64,000 nucleotides of DNA from Octopus vulgaris (taxonomy: Eukaryota): contig OX597834.1 in NCBI GenBank assembly GCA_951406725.2, positions 5,890,001 through 5,954,000 on the forward strand, given 5' to 3'. Numbering within the stretch: the first letter of the stretch is position 1; each line of letters starts with the position of its first letter. Below the pieces are notes generated by a model. The model was not told where the DNA came from. It saw only the letters and a list, made by a program, of their open reading frames with translations, and made no database searches. The translations under genes were made by a program, and so were the position numbers. This document shows positions 53,778-64,000 of the stretch, piece by piece.

Positions 53778-54200
53778 GTGGAGGGAACCTGTGAAAGACG
53801 TAGACCCAGGAGGATGTAGGACAAGGTGGTGAAATATGATCTTCTGTTACTGAGTTTCACAGAGTTGATGACAGGTGACCAAGACTTCTGGAGATTTGCC
53901 ATGCTTGAGAAGATATGACAAGCCAAATACAATCATAGATTCGGCCAGTGCCAGGGATATGTAAACGGCCCCTGTGTTGGAGACACATAAAATGACACTC
54001 ATGTTGCTGACATGTAAAAGATACCCAGTAGACTTTGTAAAGGGATTGGCATTAGGAAGGGCATCCAGCCATAGACAACAAACCAAAACGGATGACTGGG
54101 GCCTGGTGCAGCTCTCCAGCTGACCAGATCTAGTCATACTGTCTAATCCATACCTGCATGGAAAATGATGATGACGATGATGAAGATGATGATGATGACG
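53778..54200 (+). mobile_element. RTE-clade LINE 3' end: ORF C-terminus, 3' UTR and (GAT)n tail
   Basis: VEGTCERRRPRRM*DKVVKYDLLLLSFTELMTGDQDFWRFAMLEK (RTE motif VEG.R.RGRP.K.W...V..D......DR..WR), then ttaggaagggcatccagc..gcatggaaaatgatgatg. Confidence 0.78.
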
Positions 54201-54311
54201 ACGACAACAACAACAACAACAGCCACAATGATGAAAGAAACATGGTTTTCATAGTAATCTTTTGTATCAACATTCACTTTACATTAAGGGTTGAGTATTT
54301 CTCTTTCTATT

Positions 54312-54731
54312 TCTATTTCTTTACGACCCACAAGGGGCTAAACATAGAGGGGACAAACAAGGACAGACAAAGAGATTAAGTCGATTACATCGACCCCAGT
54401 GCGTCACTGCTACTTAATTTATAAACCCCGAAAGGATGAAAGGCAAAGTCGACCTCGGCAGAATTTGGACTCAGAACGTAGTGGCAGACAAAATACCTAT
54501 TTCTTTACTGCCCACAAGGGTCTAAACACAGAGGGGACAAACAAGGACAGACAAACGGATTAAGTCGATTACATCATCCCCAGTGCGTAACTGGTACTTA
54601 ATTTTATCGACCCCGAAAGGATGAAAGGTAAAGTCAACCTCGGCGGAATTTGAACTCAGAACGTAACGGCAGACGCAATACGGCTACGCATTTCGCCCGG
54701 CGTGATAACGATTCTGCCAGCTCACTGCCTT
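54312..54731 (-). mobile_element. Family B SINE dimer
   Basis: Two bodies joined at gacaaaatacctatttcttt, one head. Confidence 0.88.
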
Positions 54732-55327
54732 TCAAGCCACTGACACTGGAATGGATATCTGTAGTAGTACCAAAAGCATCCTCTCCCTTCTTCATCAGTT
54801 TTTTTTTTACTTTGGAGTTACTACTCTCCCCTTAAGGGTTTGCCTGTGCGACAGACTGCAGGCTTGACATTCTGTATGTTCTTTTCTATACCTATATGGA
54901 GACCCTCCCTATCACTTAATATAAAATGAGGTAATTTTATTTTACTATCAACAGTTGCATTGAGTCTAGTTTCTCCATAACATCTTTCAAGAGCAGATGG
55001 TGTTAACTAAACTGTTGTGTAATAGAATCACATCATTTGGTGCCATAGAAATGCCAAGACTTGCATTATTTGAACATACCTTGCTTAGTGATTTATAATA
55101 ACACAACATATGTTTTACAGATTTCAGACCGTGTTTCAGCTAATTAATAAAAAATCTGGATAGATTTAGTAAGATGACTAATGCTTACCTCATTCAGTTA
55201 ATGCTTTGAATACAACTTAATACAATGTCCAGGCATTTTCAACAAAAGAAAGAAAGAGACCTCGATATTATGTAAATAGAAGAAATTTATCTGTAAATGT
55301 AATATGTGACAATTATTCCGTAGCTAT

Positions 55328-55388
55328 GATAAAACTCCGAGTTTCGGATGCTGAAGTGGAAATCCATGCCACCATCTCTTCAGTTATC
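55328..55388 (-). ncRNA. Type I hammerhead ribozyme, complete core
   Basis: Reverse: gataa CTGAAGA gatg..catc c GAAA CTC G GAG T T ttatc; stem I gataa/ttatc, stem II gatg/catc, short stem III, GUU site. Confidence 0.78.
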
Positions 55389-55408
55389 CAGCATTTTTCC
55401 GATGGCCA

Positions 55409-55469
55409 GATAACTGAAGAGATGGTGGCATGGATTTCCCCCTCAGCATCCAAAACTCGGAGTTTTATC
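55409..55469 (+). ncRNA. Mirror hammerhead copy with G12->A substitution (probably inactive)
   Basis: gataa CTGAAGA gatg..catc c AAAA CTCGGAG TT ttatc. Confidence 0.6.
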
Positions 55470-55506
55470 ATAGCTACGGAATAATTGTCACATATTACAT
55501 TTACAG

Positions 55507-55538
<32 letters not shown>

Positions 55539-55654
55539 CAATTAAGATTCAAGTCAATTCTAATGAATTCACTTGAATATGGTACTTAACTTAGATGCAC
55601 CAGAAAACTATATGGTGTTAACCAATACAGTAGTGTGGGGTGATTATAAACGAG

Positions 55655-55922
55655 AAAAGAAGCAACAAGAATGGATTAGTTTTTAGTACAATTGTTTCAT
55701 ACAAAGACAGGCTTTATTAAAAGTTGCAAATATTGCAGCAGATAAAAGTGTCCCGTACTCATCAGCTAAAATACATATGAGTTCTCTAAACATCTTAGTG
55801 GGTAAGGCTACACTCATGAAGTCTTGGAGATAATTTCATTAAAAGCAGATTCAGGTTGTAAACAGATTTCCAAAGTTCTTTAATGATGATGCACAGTCTT
55901 ATCACAGGTTTTAAAAAAGCTT
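55655..55922 (-). mobile_element. Hammerhead-bearing dispersed repeat (second copy ~32450-32716)
   Basis: agcaacaagaatggattagttt ... gatgcacagtcttat.acagg.tttaaaaaagctt shared between the two loci. Confidence 0.85.
55681..55771 (-). ncRNA. Type I hammerhead ribozyme, complete core
   Basis: Reverse: ttttag CTGATGA gtacgggac ... gtctttgtat GAAA CAATTG TA ctaaaa; perfect 6-bp stem I, palindromic stem III ACAATTGT, GUA site. Confidence 0.82.
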
Positions 55923-55940
55923 ATTATATATTTAAAAAAG

Positions 55941-55988
<48 letters not shown>

Positions 55989-57522
55989 TATGACAGGCTT
56001 CTTTCAGTTTTTGTCTACCAAAATTACTCATCAGGAGTAATAGAAGCTATAGTAGAAGCCACTTGCCCAAGGTGTCCTGCAGTGGGACTGAACCCAGAAC
56101 CATGTGATTTGGAAACAAGCTTCTTACCACTCAGCAAGCACTTCCATGCTTAATGAAGCTAATTAATTATAGTTACATATGGAACAAGGAGAAATTGTAA
56201 TCGGCTGAATTATTGATCTTGGCCTGGAAAAAAAAGGAAGACAAACGCATCATTTTAATAAAAAATAAATGGTGGACATACAATAGAGAGGGGTTCTGAT
56301 CTTTGGCAGTCATCCATCCATCCATCTTCCAAGTGCACTGTTCCAGGGAGGTCCACAAAAGCTGACTGCTCAGGCACCTCCTCCATAGGGTCCTATTGAA
56401 GTAACTTTCATTGCACTTTCCTACAGGATTTCCAAATATGACCAACTCTGGCTACAGATATTACTCAACCACCTCCTTCTTGTTCTATCTCATGGCCTTC
56501 TGCTGGCCGGCTTGGTTTGGCTTGGCTTGGCTTGAAGAATCTGTCTTACATTCCTTTCCTGCAACATTCTAACCCCATGTCTGTAGTACCAGGGTTGTGA
56601 GCTACCAGAGTGGTGTAATCATACAATCTTATCAAACCTTCTCAGCTCAGTCACACTCAATTCTTAATTATTTTAGTTAATTAAGAAATATATGTGATGT
56701 CCCTCTCCTATCTTTCTTGATCAGAATTAATTATTAGGTTTTGGTTGATTGATTTTTTCCCCTTGTAAATTTAATTCACATTCCTTGGCTTATTACAGTA
56801 AATTTGTGGACAAGTGCTGAACTGTTTGGCTTTCTTACAGCAGGCAACCCTGAGTATTTCACAGTCATCTCTTAGAATGTTCATGTACTGATTGTCCATG
56901 TTTAGTTTGTAGCAACCCGGGCACCCACACACATAAACATACATGCACAAACACACTTCCATCTCTCTCTCTCTCTCTCTGTCCTTCACTTTCTCTCTCT
57001 CTCTTGCATTTTCTTTCCCTCACTTTTCTCTCTCTCTCTTTCTTCTCCCCTTCCTTCTCTCCTCATCTCTTCCTCCCCCTCTTTCAAATAGAATACCAAA
57101 GGTTTATATTATTTGCAATTGTTTTCAAGCAATTAAGCTGTCAGCAATTTCTTCATGGCAATCTCATGACAATAAATTATTACACAGATAGCCTCTAATC
57201 CAGGAGTCATTTTAGACAAAATACAGCAGATAAATTTCAATTAGGCTCATCATTTGTTTTCGCTAATTTTACACCAATTTTCTTTTTCATTTTTTTCACT
57301 TTCTCTAATTTTCAGTTATCTTTACACACCTTGGCTGGATTTGAACACACAACAGGCTTGCACTGCACCATGAAACAATTGCATGTCTGAAAATCTTGTA
57401 TGAATGCGAAATGCCGTGAAACAAATTTATTTTTGTATTTTTTTTCTGTCTGCTTCTGTGTCACATGACACAGAAGCTGGTGAAAAATAATCCCCTGACA
57501 AAGTTTCCTATTAAGGAAGTGC

Positions 57523-57747
57523 GTGGAGGCACATGGCCTAGTGGTTAGAGCAGCGGACTCGTGGTCAAGGGATCGCGGGTTCGAATCTCAGACCAGGCAA
57601 TGTGTGTGTTTATGAGTGAAACACCTAAGCTCCACGTGGCTCCGACAGAAGGTAATGATGAATTTATGCTGACTCTTTTGCCACAACTTTCTCTCACTCT
57701 TTCCTCCTGCATCTTGCAGCTCACTTGTAACAGACCAACGTCCCATC
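57523..57747 (+). mobile_element. tRNA-derived SINE (family D-related), 3'-truncated
   Basis: gtggaggcacatggcctagtggttagagc..gggttcgaatc; same as 62462-62770. Confidence 0.85.
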
Positions 57748-57880
57748 TACTACTGCTGCTTCTCCCTATCCTCCTCCTCCTCCTCCTACTACTACTACAA
57801 CAACTACTACTACTACTACTCCTCCTACTCCACCTTCCCCTCCCCCTCCTCCTCCTCCTACTGCTGCTGCTGCTGCTGCA

Positions 57881-57923
<43 letters not shown>

Positions 57924-58053
57924 ATAATAATAATACTAATACTACTACTACTGCTACTGCTTCTAGTACTACTTCTGCTATTGCTTCTACAGCTAGTACT
58001 ACTACTACTAACACCAACACCACTATCCCTGCTGCTGCTGCTACTACTACTAC
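57748..58053. repeat. (TAC)n/(CTC)n/(CTG)n microsatellite
   Basis: Triplet runs. Confidence 0.92.
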
Positions 58054-58554
58054 ACTTGTAAAGTTCCGGAAACTACTGCAAATAATTATAGAAGCCAATG
58101 TAGGAGCCTCTATGTGGTTGCTCAACGTCCTAAAAATAGCAAGCAAAACTCCTTCAAATCATAAATCTCAATATCTCACGAATGAACAGATTGGAGGACA
58201 CAGTGCAAGGTTCACTGCATTTGATGCAATCAAATAAAATGATTAAAAATAACAAGGTGTGTGGGTGTGAGAGTCACATCTGGAATGTCTTTCGATGATA
58301 AATTCTACTTGAACAGCAACTGCCTTGACGTTAAACAACAACGGTGACAAACATCATCATTGCCACCATCATCATTGTTATTGTCATTATCAGCATCATT
58401 ATCATCATTGCCATCATCTTCATCATAATCATCATCATTATCATCAGCATCATCATCGTTATCAGCATCATCATCATCATCATCATTGTCACCACTATCA
58501 TCAATGTCATCATCACCATCTTCATTATTATCATTTTTCATCTCAATGACTAGC

Positions 58555-59005
58555 ATCTGTGCCAGTGGAGTGCTAAGAGCACCATCCGAGTGTGATTGTT
58601 GCCAAAGCAGCTAACTGGCTTTGGTGCCGCTGGCACGTAAAAAGCACCATTCAAGCATGATCATTACCAGCATCGCCTTACTGGCACTTGTGCCGGTGGC
58701 ACGTGAAAAGACATTCAAGCGAGGTCATTGTCAGTGCCGCTAGACTGGCTCTTGTGCAGGTGGCACGTAAAAGACACCATTTGAGCCTGGCTGTTGCCAG
58801 TGCCGCCTGACTGGTCCTCGTGCCAGAGGCACGTAAAAGCACCCACTACACACTCGGAGTGGTTGGCGTTAGGAAGGGCATCCAGCTGTAGAAACCCATG
58901 CCAAATCAAGATTGGAGCCTGGTGCAGCCATCTGGGTCGCCAGTCCTCAGTCAAATTGTCCAACCCATGCTAGCATGGAAAGCAGATGTTAAACGATGAT
59001 GATGA
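58555..59005 (+). mobile_element. Family C (RTE 3' UTR) with ~60-bp internal subrepeats
   Basis: Four ggcacgt(a/g)aaa..cac units, then ggttggcgttaggaagggcatccagctgtag..ccatgctagcatggaaagc..gttaaacgatgatg. Confidence 0.8.
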
Positions 59006-59284
59006 TCATCATCATCATCATCATCCTTGCCATCATCATCACCATAATCATGATCATCACCATCATCATCATACTCATCATAATCATTATCATTATCATC
59101 ATACTCATCATTGTCCTTGTCATCATCATAATCATCATCATCGTCGACGTCATTGTTATGTCTCATTATCATCATCATTATCATCGTCATCATCACCATT
59201 GTCAGCATCATCATCATCATCATCATTGTCACCACCATCTTCATCATTGTCATTTTTCATCATCATCATCATCATCACCACCAT

Positions 59285-59315
<31 letters not shown>

Positions 59316-59359
59316 GTCATCATTATCAGCATAATTATCCTCATCATCATCATTGTCAG

Positions 59360-59392
<33 letters not shown>

Positions 59393-59548
59393 TGTCACCA
59401 CCATCTTCATCATTGTCATTTTTTATCATCATCATCATCCTCGCCATCTTCATCATCACCATCATCATCATCATCATTATCAGCATAATTATCCTCACCA
59501 TCATCATTGTCAGCATCATTAGCATCATCATCATCATCATCATCATTG
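59006..59548. repeat. (CAT)n-rich tract with higher-order duplications
   Basis: cattgtcaccaccatcttcatcattgtcattttt and ttatcagcataattatcctca each repeated; similar tract at 58352-58540. Confidence 0.92.
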
Positions 59549-60384
59549 TATTATAATGTTTCTGACTCCTGTAATATCTCTGTGAGATATTTATGAGGAA
59601 TAAAACTCTATTGGTACTAAATCTCTATCTCAGATTTAATTATAACACCACGAAATAAAATTAAAACTATAATCGATCATAATAAACCATAATTTCCACT
59701 GAACATACAACAATATTTAACCAGCCAATAAACAGAAAATGGATATCAGTATTCTCTAAACTAAAAACTATCGAGGAAAAATTTTTATTAAATATAAATA
59801 TAATAATGAAATCCACATATAACGGAGAAATGTGTGACCCCGATCACAGAAATGAATATTAATTAATGTAGAAATATTTTTAAAAATCTGCAATATAAAA
59901 CTTAAATAATTTAGTGTTGAATATGCAACAGGAAAAAAGTTATCGATCACATGGTATGGCTGTGTGGTAAGAAGATTGCTTCTCAGGCACGTGGTTCCAG
60001 GTTCAGTCCCACTGTGTGGTATTCTCTACAAGTGTCTTCTGCTATAGTCCCAGGCTGACCAAAAGATTTGTGTATAGATTTGGTAGACAAAAACTGTCCT
60101 ATATGTATGTATGTAAGTAAGAAGGGGAATTTTCCTTGTTTTGTATGTCCTGCACTCTGTTTTTTCGTTGTTTAAGAAAAATGTCCAGTTCCTTGGTTTT
60201 GTGTTTATGTTTTCGTTTCTCATTGTGTTCGACGTTTTTTTGGTGTCCTGTACCAATATATGCATGTATATATACATGTAGATGTTGGTACATACATATA
60301 TGTATGTATATATGTATATGTTTTATTTATTAATTTGTTATTACACGACAGAACTCATGCATCCATTTCTAAGTAAGTTTGTTC

Positions 60385-60427
<43 letters not shown>

Positions 60428-61280
60428 ACACATGCATCACATATGCTCATGTGTGTGTGTGTGTGTGTGATATTATTCAGTTTATTTCAAGACGTCTTGC
60501 CAATATAGAAAGAGCTGGTTTCTAACCTACTTCCAAGACTCCTTCCCTGGAATTTCAACATCAAAAACAGGGTATTTTTGTTTGTTAGTATGTTTGTATG
60601 TATGTAAGTATACCGAGAGAGTGAGACAAATGATTGGCTGCCTCTTCGGTGTAAAGAGAGTGCTTGTATACTTAATTCTAATTAATTAAAATTGCACCCT
60701 CATTAATGAGAACAATCATTATCTAAATCACTAATTCTGATTTCCAAAAAAGGGTGGAGAAATGACCCAAAATTTTTCGTTAATGAAAATGAATTACACA
60801 AGAATGCAGTAGGGTATGTGTCTGATTAGAAGCCGCTTTGTAGATCCAACAAAAACCAAATTCACTGATATGACAAATGAAGCAGCTTCGTTATTTCAAT
60901 CAAACTTCACTTGGCCGGGCCCACCGTTTCCATCATTATAACGAGGTGTCATTGTCTCACATGCTACAGACAATAAGAAGTTAAGGAAATTTTGATTGCT
61001 ACATTAAACTGGCGTGAGAAGTAATTACTATATATGGAGTCTAAAGACTTGTTAAATAATTATCAGACTCTGAAAGATCTGATTTGTTAAATTAATTAAA
61101 CTAAAAGTTACAGCTCCAATTTGAATACATTGTGAAATTAATTGTTACTGTTTTAAAAATCAATTGTGCTATTAGCTTCTACTGAGTCACACAAACAGCT
61201 GTTGTGAATAATGGCTTTGATAGTAAATGGCAGTTGATATGATAATAAATGAATTTTACTGAAAATAAGTAGGATTAAAG

Positions 61281-61431
61281 TGGAGGAGGATGATGGTGGT
61301 GGTAGTGGTTATGATGGTGATGATAGTGGTGATGATGGTGGTGGTGGTAGTGGTGATGATGGTGATGATGATGATGATGATGCTGGTGGTGGTGGTGATG
61401 GTGATGGTGATGATGGCGGTGGTGGTGATGG

Positions 61432-61480
<49 letters not shown>

Positions 61481-61672
61481 GAGGATGGTAATGATGATGA
61501 TGATGATGGTGATGATGATGGTGATGGTGATGGTGATGATGATAATGACGATGATGATGATGATGGTGGTGGTGATGTGATGATGATGATGATGATGAGG
61601 ATGATGATGATTGTGGTGGTGAGGATGAGGATGATGAGGAGGGGGAGGATGGTAGTGGTGGTGGTGGTGGTG

Positions 61673-61704
<32 letters not shown>

Positions 61705-61886
61705 GATGATGATGGTGATGATGGTGATGATGAGGGTGATGGTGATGATGGTGATGATGGTGATGGTGATGATGATGATGATGATGATGATTATGATGAT
61801 GATGCTGCTGCTGCTGATGATGATGATGATGGTGATGATGATGGTGATGTTGATGGTGGTGATGATGGTGGTGATGATGGTGATGG

Positions 61887-61924
<38 letters not shown>

Positions 61925-62195
61925 GTGGTGGTGATGGCGATGATGATAATGGTGATGATGGTGGTGGTGGTGGTGGTGGTGGTGATGGTGGTGGTGATGA
62001 TGGTGATGATGGTGATGGTGATGGTGATGATGATGATGGTGATGATGATGATGATGTTGATGATGATGATGATGGTGGTGGTGATGGTGATGGTGATCAT
62101 GGTAATGGTGATGGTAATGATGGTAATGATGATGATGATGATGGTGATGGTGATGATGATGATGGTGGTGATGGTGATGATGATGATGATGACAA
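61281..62195. repeat. (GAT)n/(GGT)n compound microsatellite, ~0.9 kb
   Basis: Triplet runs. Confidence 0.97.
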
Positions 62196-62461
62196 CGAAG
62201 AGGATGAAACGCAAAGTGAACCTCATCAGAATTTGATGGTTGAAATGCCACACAACATTTTGTTTAGTATTCTAAAAATTCTACCTGTTCAGTACCTGAA
62301 AATCATTAAATAAAACTTTCAGCTTATGCATCCATCCCCTACATTTTGGAAAATTTTTCCAAAAATCCTCCTATAACAAGGAATTCCATCTGGCCAACTA
62401 TTTTCTCTGTCCATTATTCCTGGGAGGGTGGTGGGGATAGCGTCCTTGGCATCACCTCCAT

Positions 62462-62770
62462 TTTTCTTTTTTGTTCCTTCTCGAGCCATGCCTGGCTCAT
62501 AAGGGCCGGTTTCCCAGTTTCCTTGGCGTATAGGTTCCCCACCTGGATGGGACGCCGGTCTGTCGCAGGTGAGTGGCAAGATGCAGGAGGAAAGAGTGAG
62601 AGAAAGTTGTGGCGAAAGAGTCAGCAGAAGTTTGCCATTACCTTCTGCCAGAGCCGCGTGGAGCTTAGGTGTTTCGCTCATAAACACACACATCACCCGG
62701 TCTGAGATTCGAACCCATGATCCTTCGACCGTGAGTCTGCCGCTCTAACCACTAAGCCATGTGCCTCCAC
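62462..62770 (-). mobile_element. tRNA-derived SINE (family D-related), full length, 12-bp TSD
   Basis: A box tggcttagtgg, B box ggttcgaatc; TSD catcacctccat at 62450-62461 and 62771-62782. Confidence 0.92.
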
Positions 62771-63413
62771 CATCACCTCCATAGGGTCCTGTCAGAAGCA
62801 ACCATCATTACACTTTATGAGATGGATTCCTAAGCCTAACCAACAAAGATTATAGATATTATCCAACCATTTATTCTTAATCTGCCTCTAAATCTCCTAC
62901 TAATCTGGTTAGCTTCAAGAACTCATCTTGTGATTATTTCCTGTGACATTCTAATAACTTGTCTATAGTCCTACAACATGGAATTCTGTAATAGGAAATC
63001 TATTTTCTGTTGATTTCCATGTACCTAAGGAAGCCAAAATCCACAGAAGTCAAATAGAAAATATGTCTAATGTTACAATATTCCACATTGGCACAGGCAT
63101 CGCTGTGTGGTAAGAAATTGTCTTCCCAACCTCATGGTTCCAGGTTCAGTCCCACTGCATGGCACCTTGGGAAAATCTCTTTTTCTATAGCCTCAAGCTG
63201 ACAAAGCCTTACAAGTGGATTTGGTTGATGGAAACTGAAAAGAAGCCCATTGTATATATGTGTGTGTTTGTGTGAGAGTGTTTCTGTTTGTCCCCGAATC
63301 TCTCTCTCTCTAGCCAGGTAACCATGTACCTCCTCCAAAGCAAGACACCTGCTCCTGTCTCTGTCTCCCTATAATCTTTCATCATCTGACACAAGATCTC
63401 CTTCCCCAATGCC

Positions 63414-63645
63414 TATTTCTTTATTACCCACAAGGGGCTAAACATAGAGGGGACGAACAAGGACAGACATAGGTATTAAGTCGATTACATCGACCCCAGT
63501 GCGTAACTGGTGCTTAATTTATCGACCCCGAAAGGATGAAAGGCAAAGTCGACCTCGGCGGAATTTGAACTCACAACGTAACGCAGACGAAATACCGCTA
63601 AGCATTTCGCCCGTTGTGCTAACGTTTCTGCCAGCTCGCCGCCTT
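63414..63645 (-). mobile_element. Family B SINE, full length (3' part of a 5S-SINE chimera)
   Basis: Complete head, Meta domain and tail. Confidence 0.92.
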
Positions 63646-63662
63646 TATAAGAGGAATGGAAT

Positions 63663-63773
63663 GCTTACAGCAACCAGGGTTCCCAAGCGGTCACCCATCT
63701 AAGTACTAACTAGGCTCGATGTTGCTTAACTTCGGTGATCGGACGAGAACCGGTGCTTTCAACGTGATATGGC
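63663..63773 (-). pseudogene. 5S rRNA pseudogene lacking the first few nucleotides
   Basis: Reverse: gccatatcacgttgaaagcaccggttctcgtccgatcaccgaagttaagcaac.tcgagcctagttagtacttagatgggtgaccgcttgggaaccc..tgctgtaagc. Confidence 0.93.
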
Positions 63774-64000
63774 CCCAATGCCACCTCCTTTCTCAAAGGA
63801 TCTTTGTCTTGCAACTTACATATTGAACTTTGCCAGTGTTGATGCCACATAAAAAGCATTCAGTCCACTCTGTGAAGTGGTTGGCATTTGGAAGGACATC
63901 CAGCTGTGAAAACCTTGTCAAAACTGACCTCACCTGTGCTTGTGCCATGTAAAAAGCACTAAGCCTACTTTGCTGGGTGTTTGATGTCAGGAAAAGCATC

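Larger units (their letters stand above)
55289..55508. repeat. 100-bp near-perfect inverted repeat (20-bp spacer) carrying a hammerhead motif in each arm
   Basis: 55289-55388 is the reverse complement of 55409-55508 with ~3 mismatches. Confidence 0.95.

Noticed and set aside
56173-56445. 90-aa ORF
   Set aside because: Shares ctccatagggtcct..cattgcacttt with ~62776-62850, so it is a decayed dispersed repeat (probably LINE-derived), not a gene
61256-62253. Poly-His/Asp/Met ORFs (also at 51158, 52520, 57561 and 58986)
   Set aside because: Triplet microsatellites lacking stops in some frames; no splice or codon evidence

Overview
AT-rich, repeat-saturated eukaryotic non-coding DNA. The SINE families and very long (TA)n/(CAT)n/(GA)n microsatellites look like an octopus (cephalopod) genome; this is recognition by eye, not a database result. 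I can support no intact host protein-coding gene, and almost all listed ORFs are artefacts of microsatellites or SINEs. The window holds: ~25 copies of a tRNA/CORE-type SINE, ~15 copies or multimers of a tRNA/Meta-domain SINE, a third tRNA-SINE family, RTE-LINE 3' remnants, a Penelope-like GIY-YIG endonuclease remnant (missed by the ORF track), Tc1 and hAT transposase remnants, several MITEs and two 5S rRNA pseudogenes. The most striking hidden signal is a set of hammerhead-ribozyme (HHR) motifs from several unrelated repeat families. Four have a complete core (29018-29124, 32479-32569, 55328-55388 and 55681-55771, all on the minus strand) and about ten are degenerate. Most have the minimal or palindromic stem III typical of Penelope-like elements, and several sit in inverted-repeat arrangements. 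Other notable points: both 5S copies are fused to SINE sequences, the Meta-SINE shows a GG target preference and self-multimerises, and two SINE insertions have ~55-bp flanking duplications. Boundaries of old repeats are approximate.
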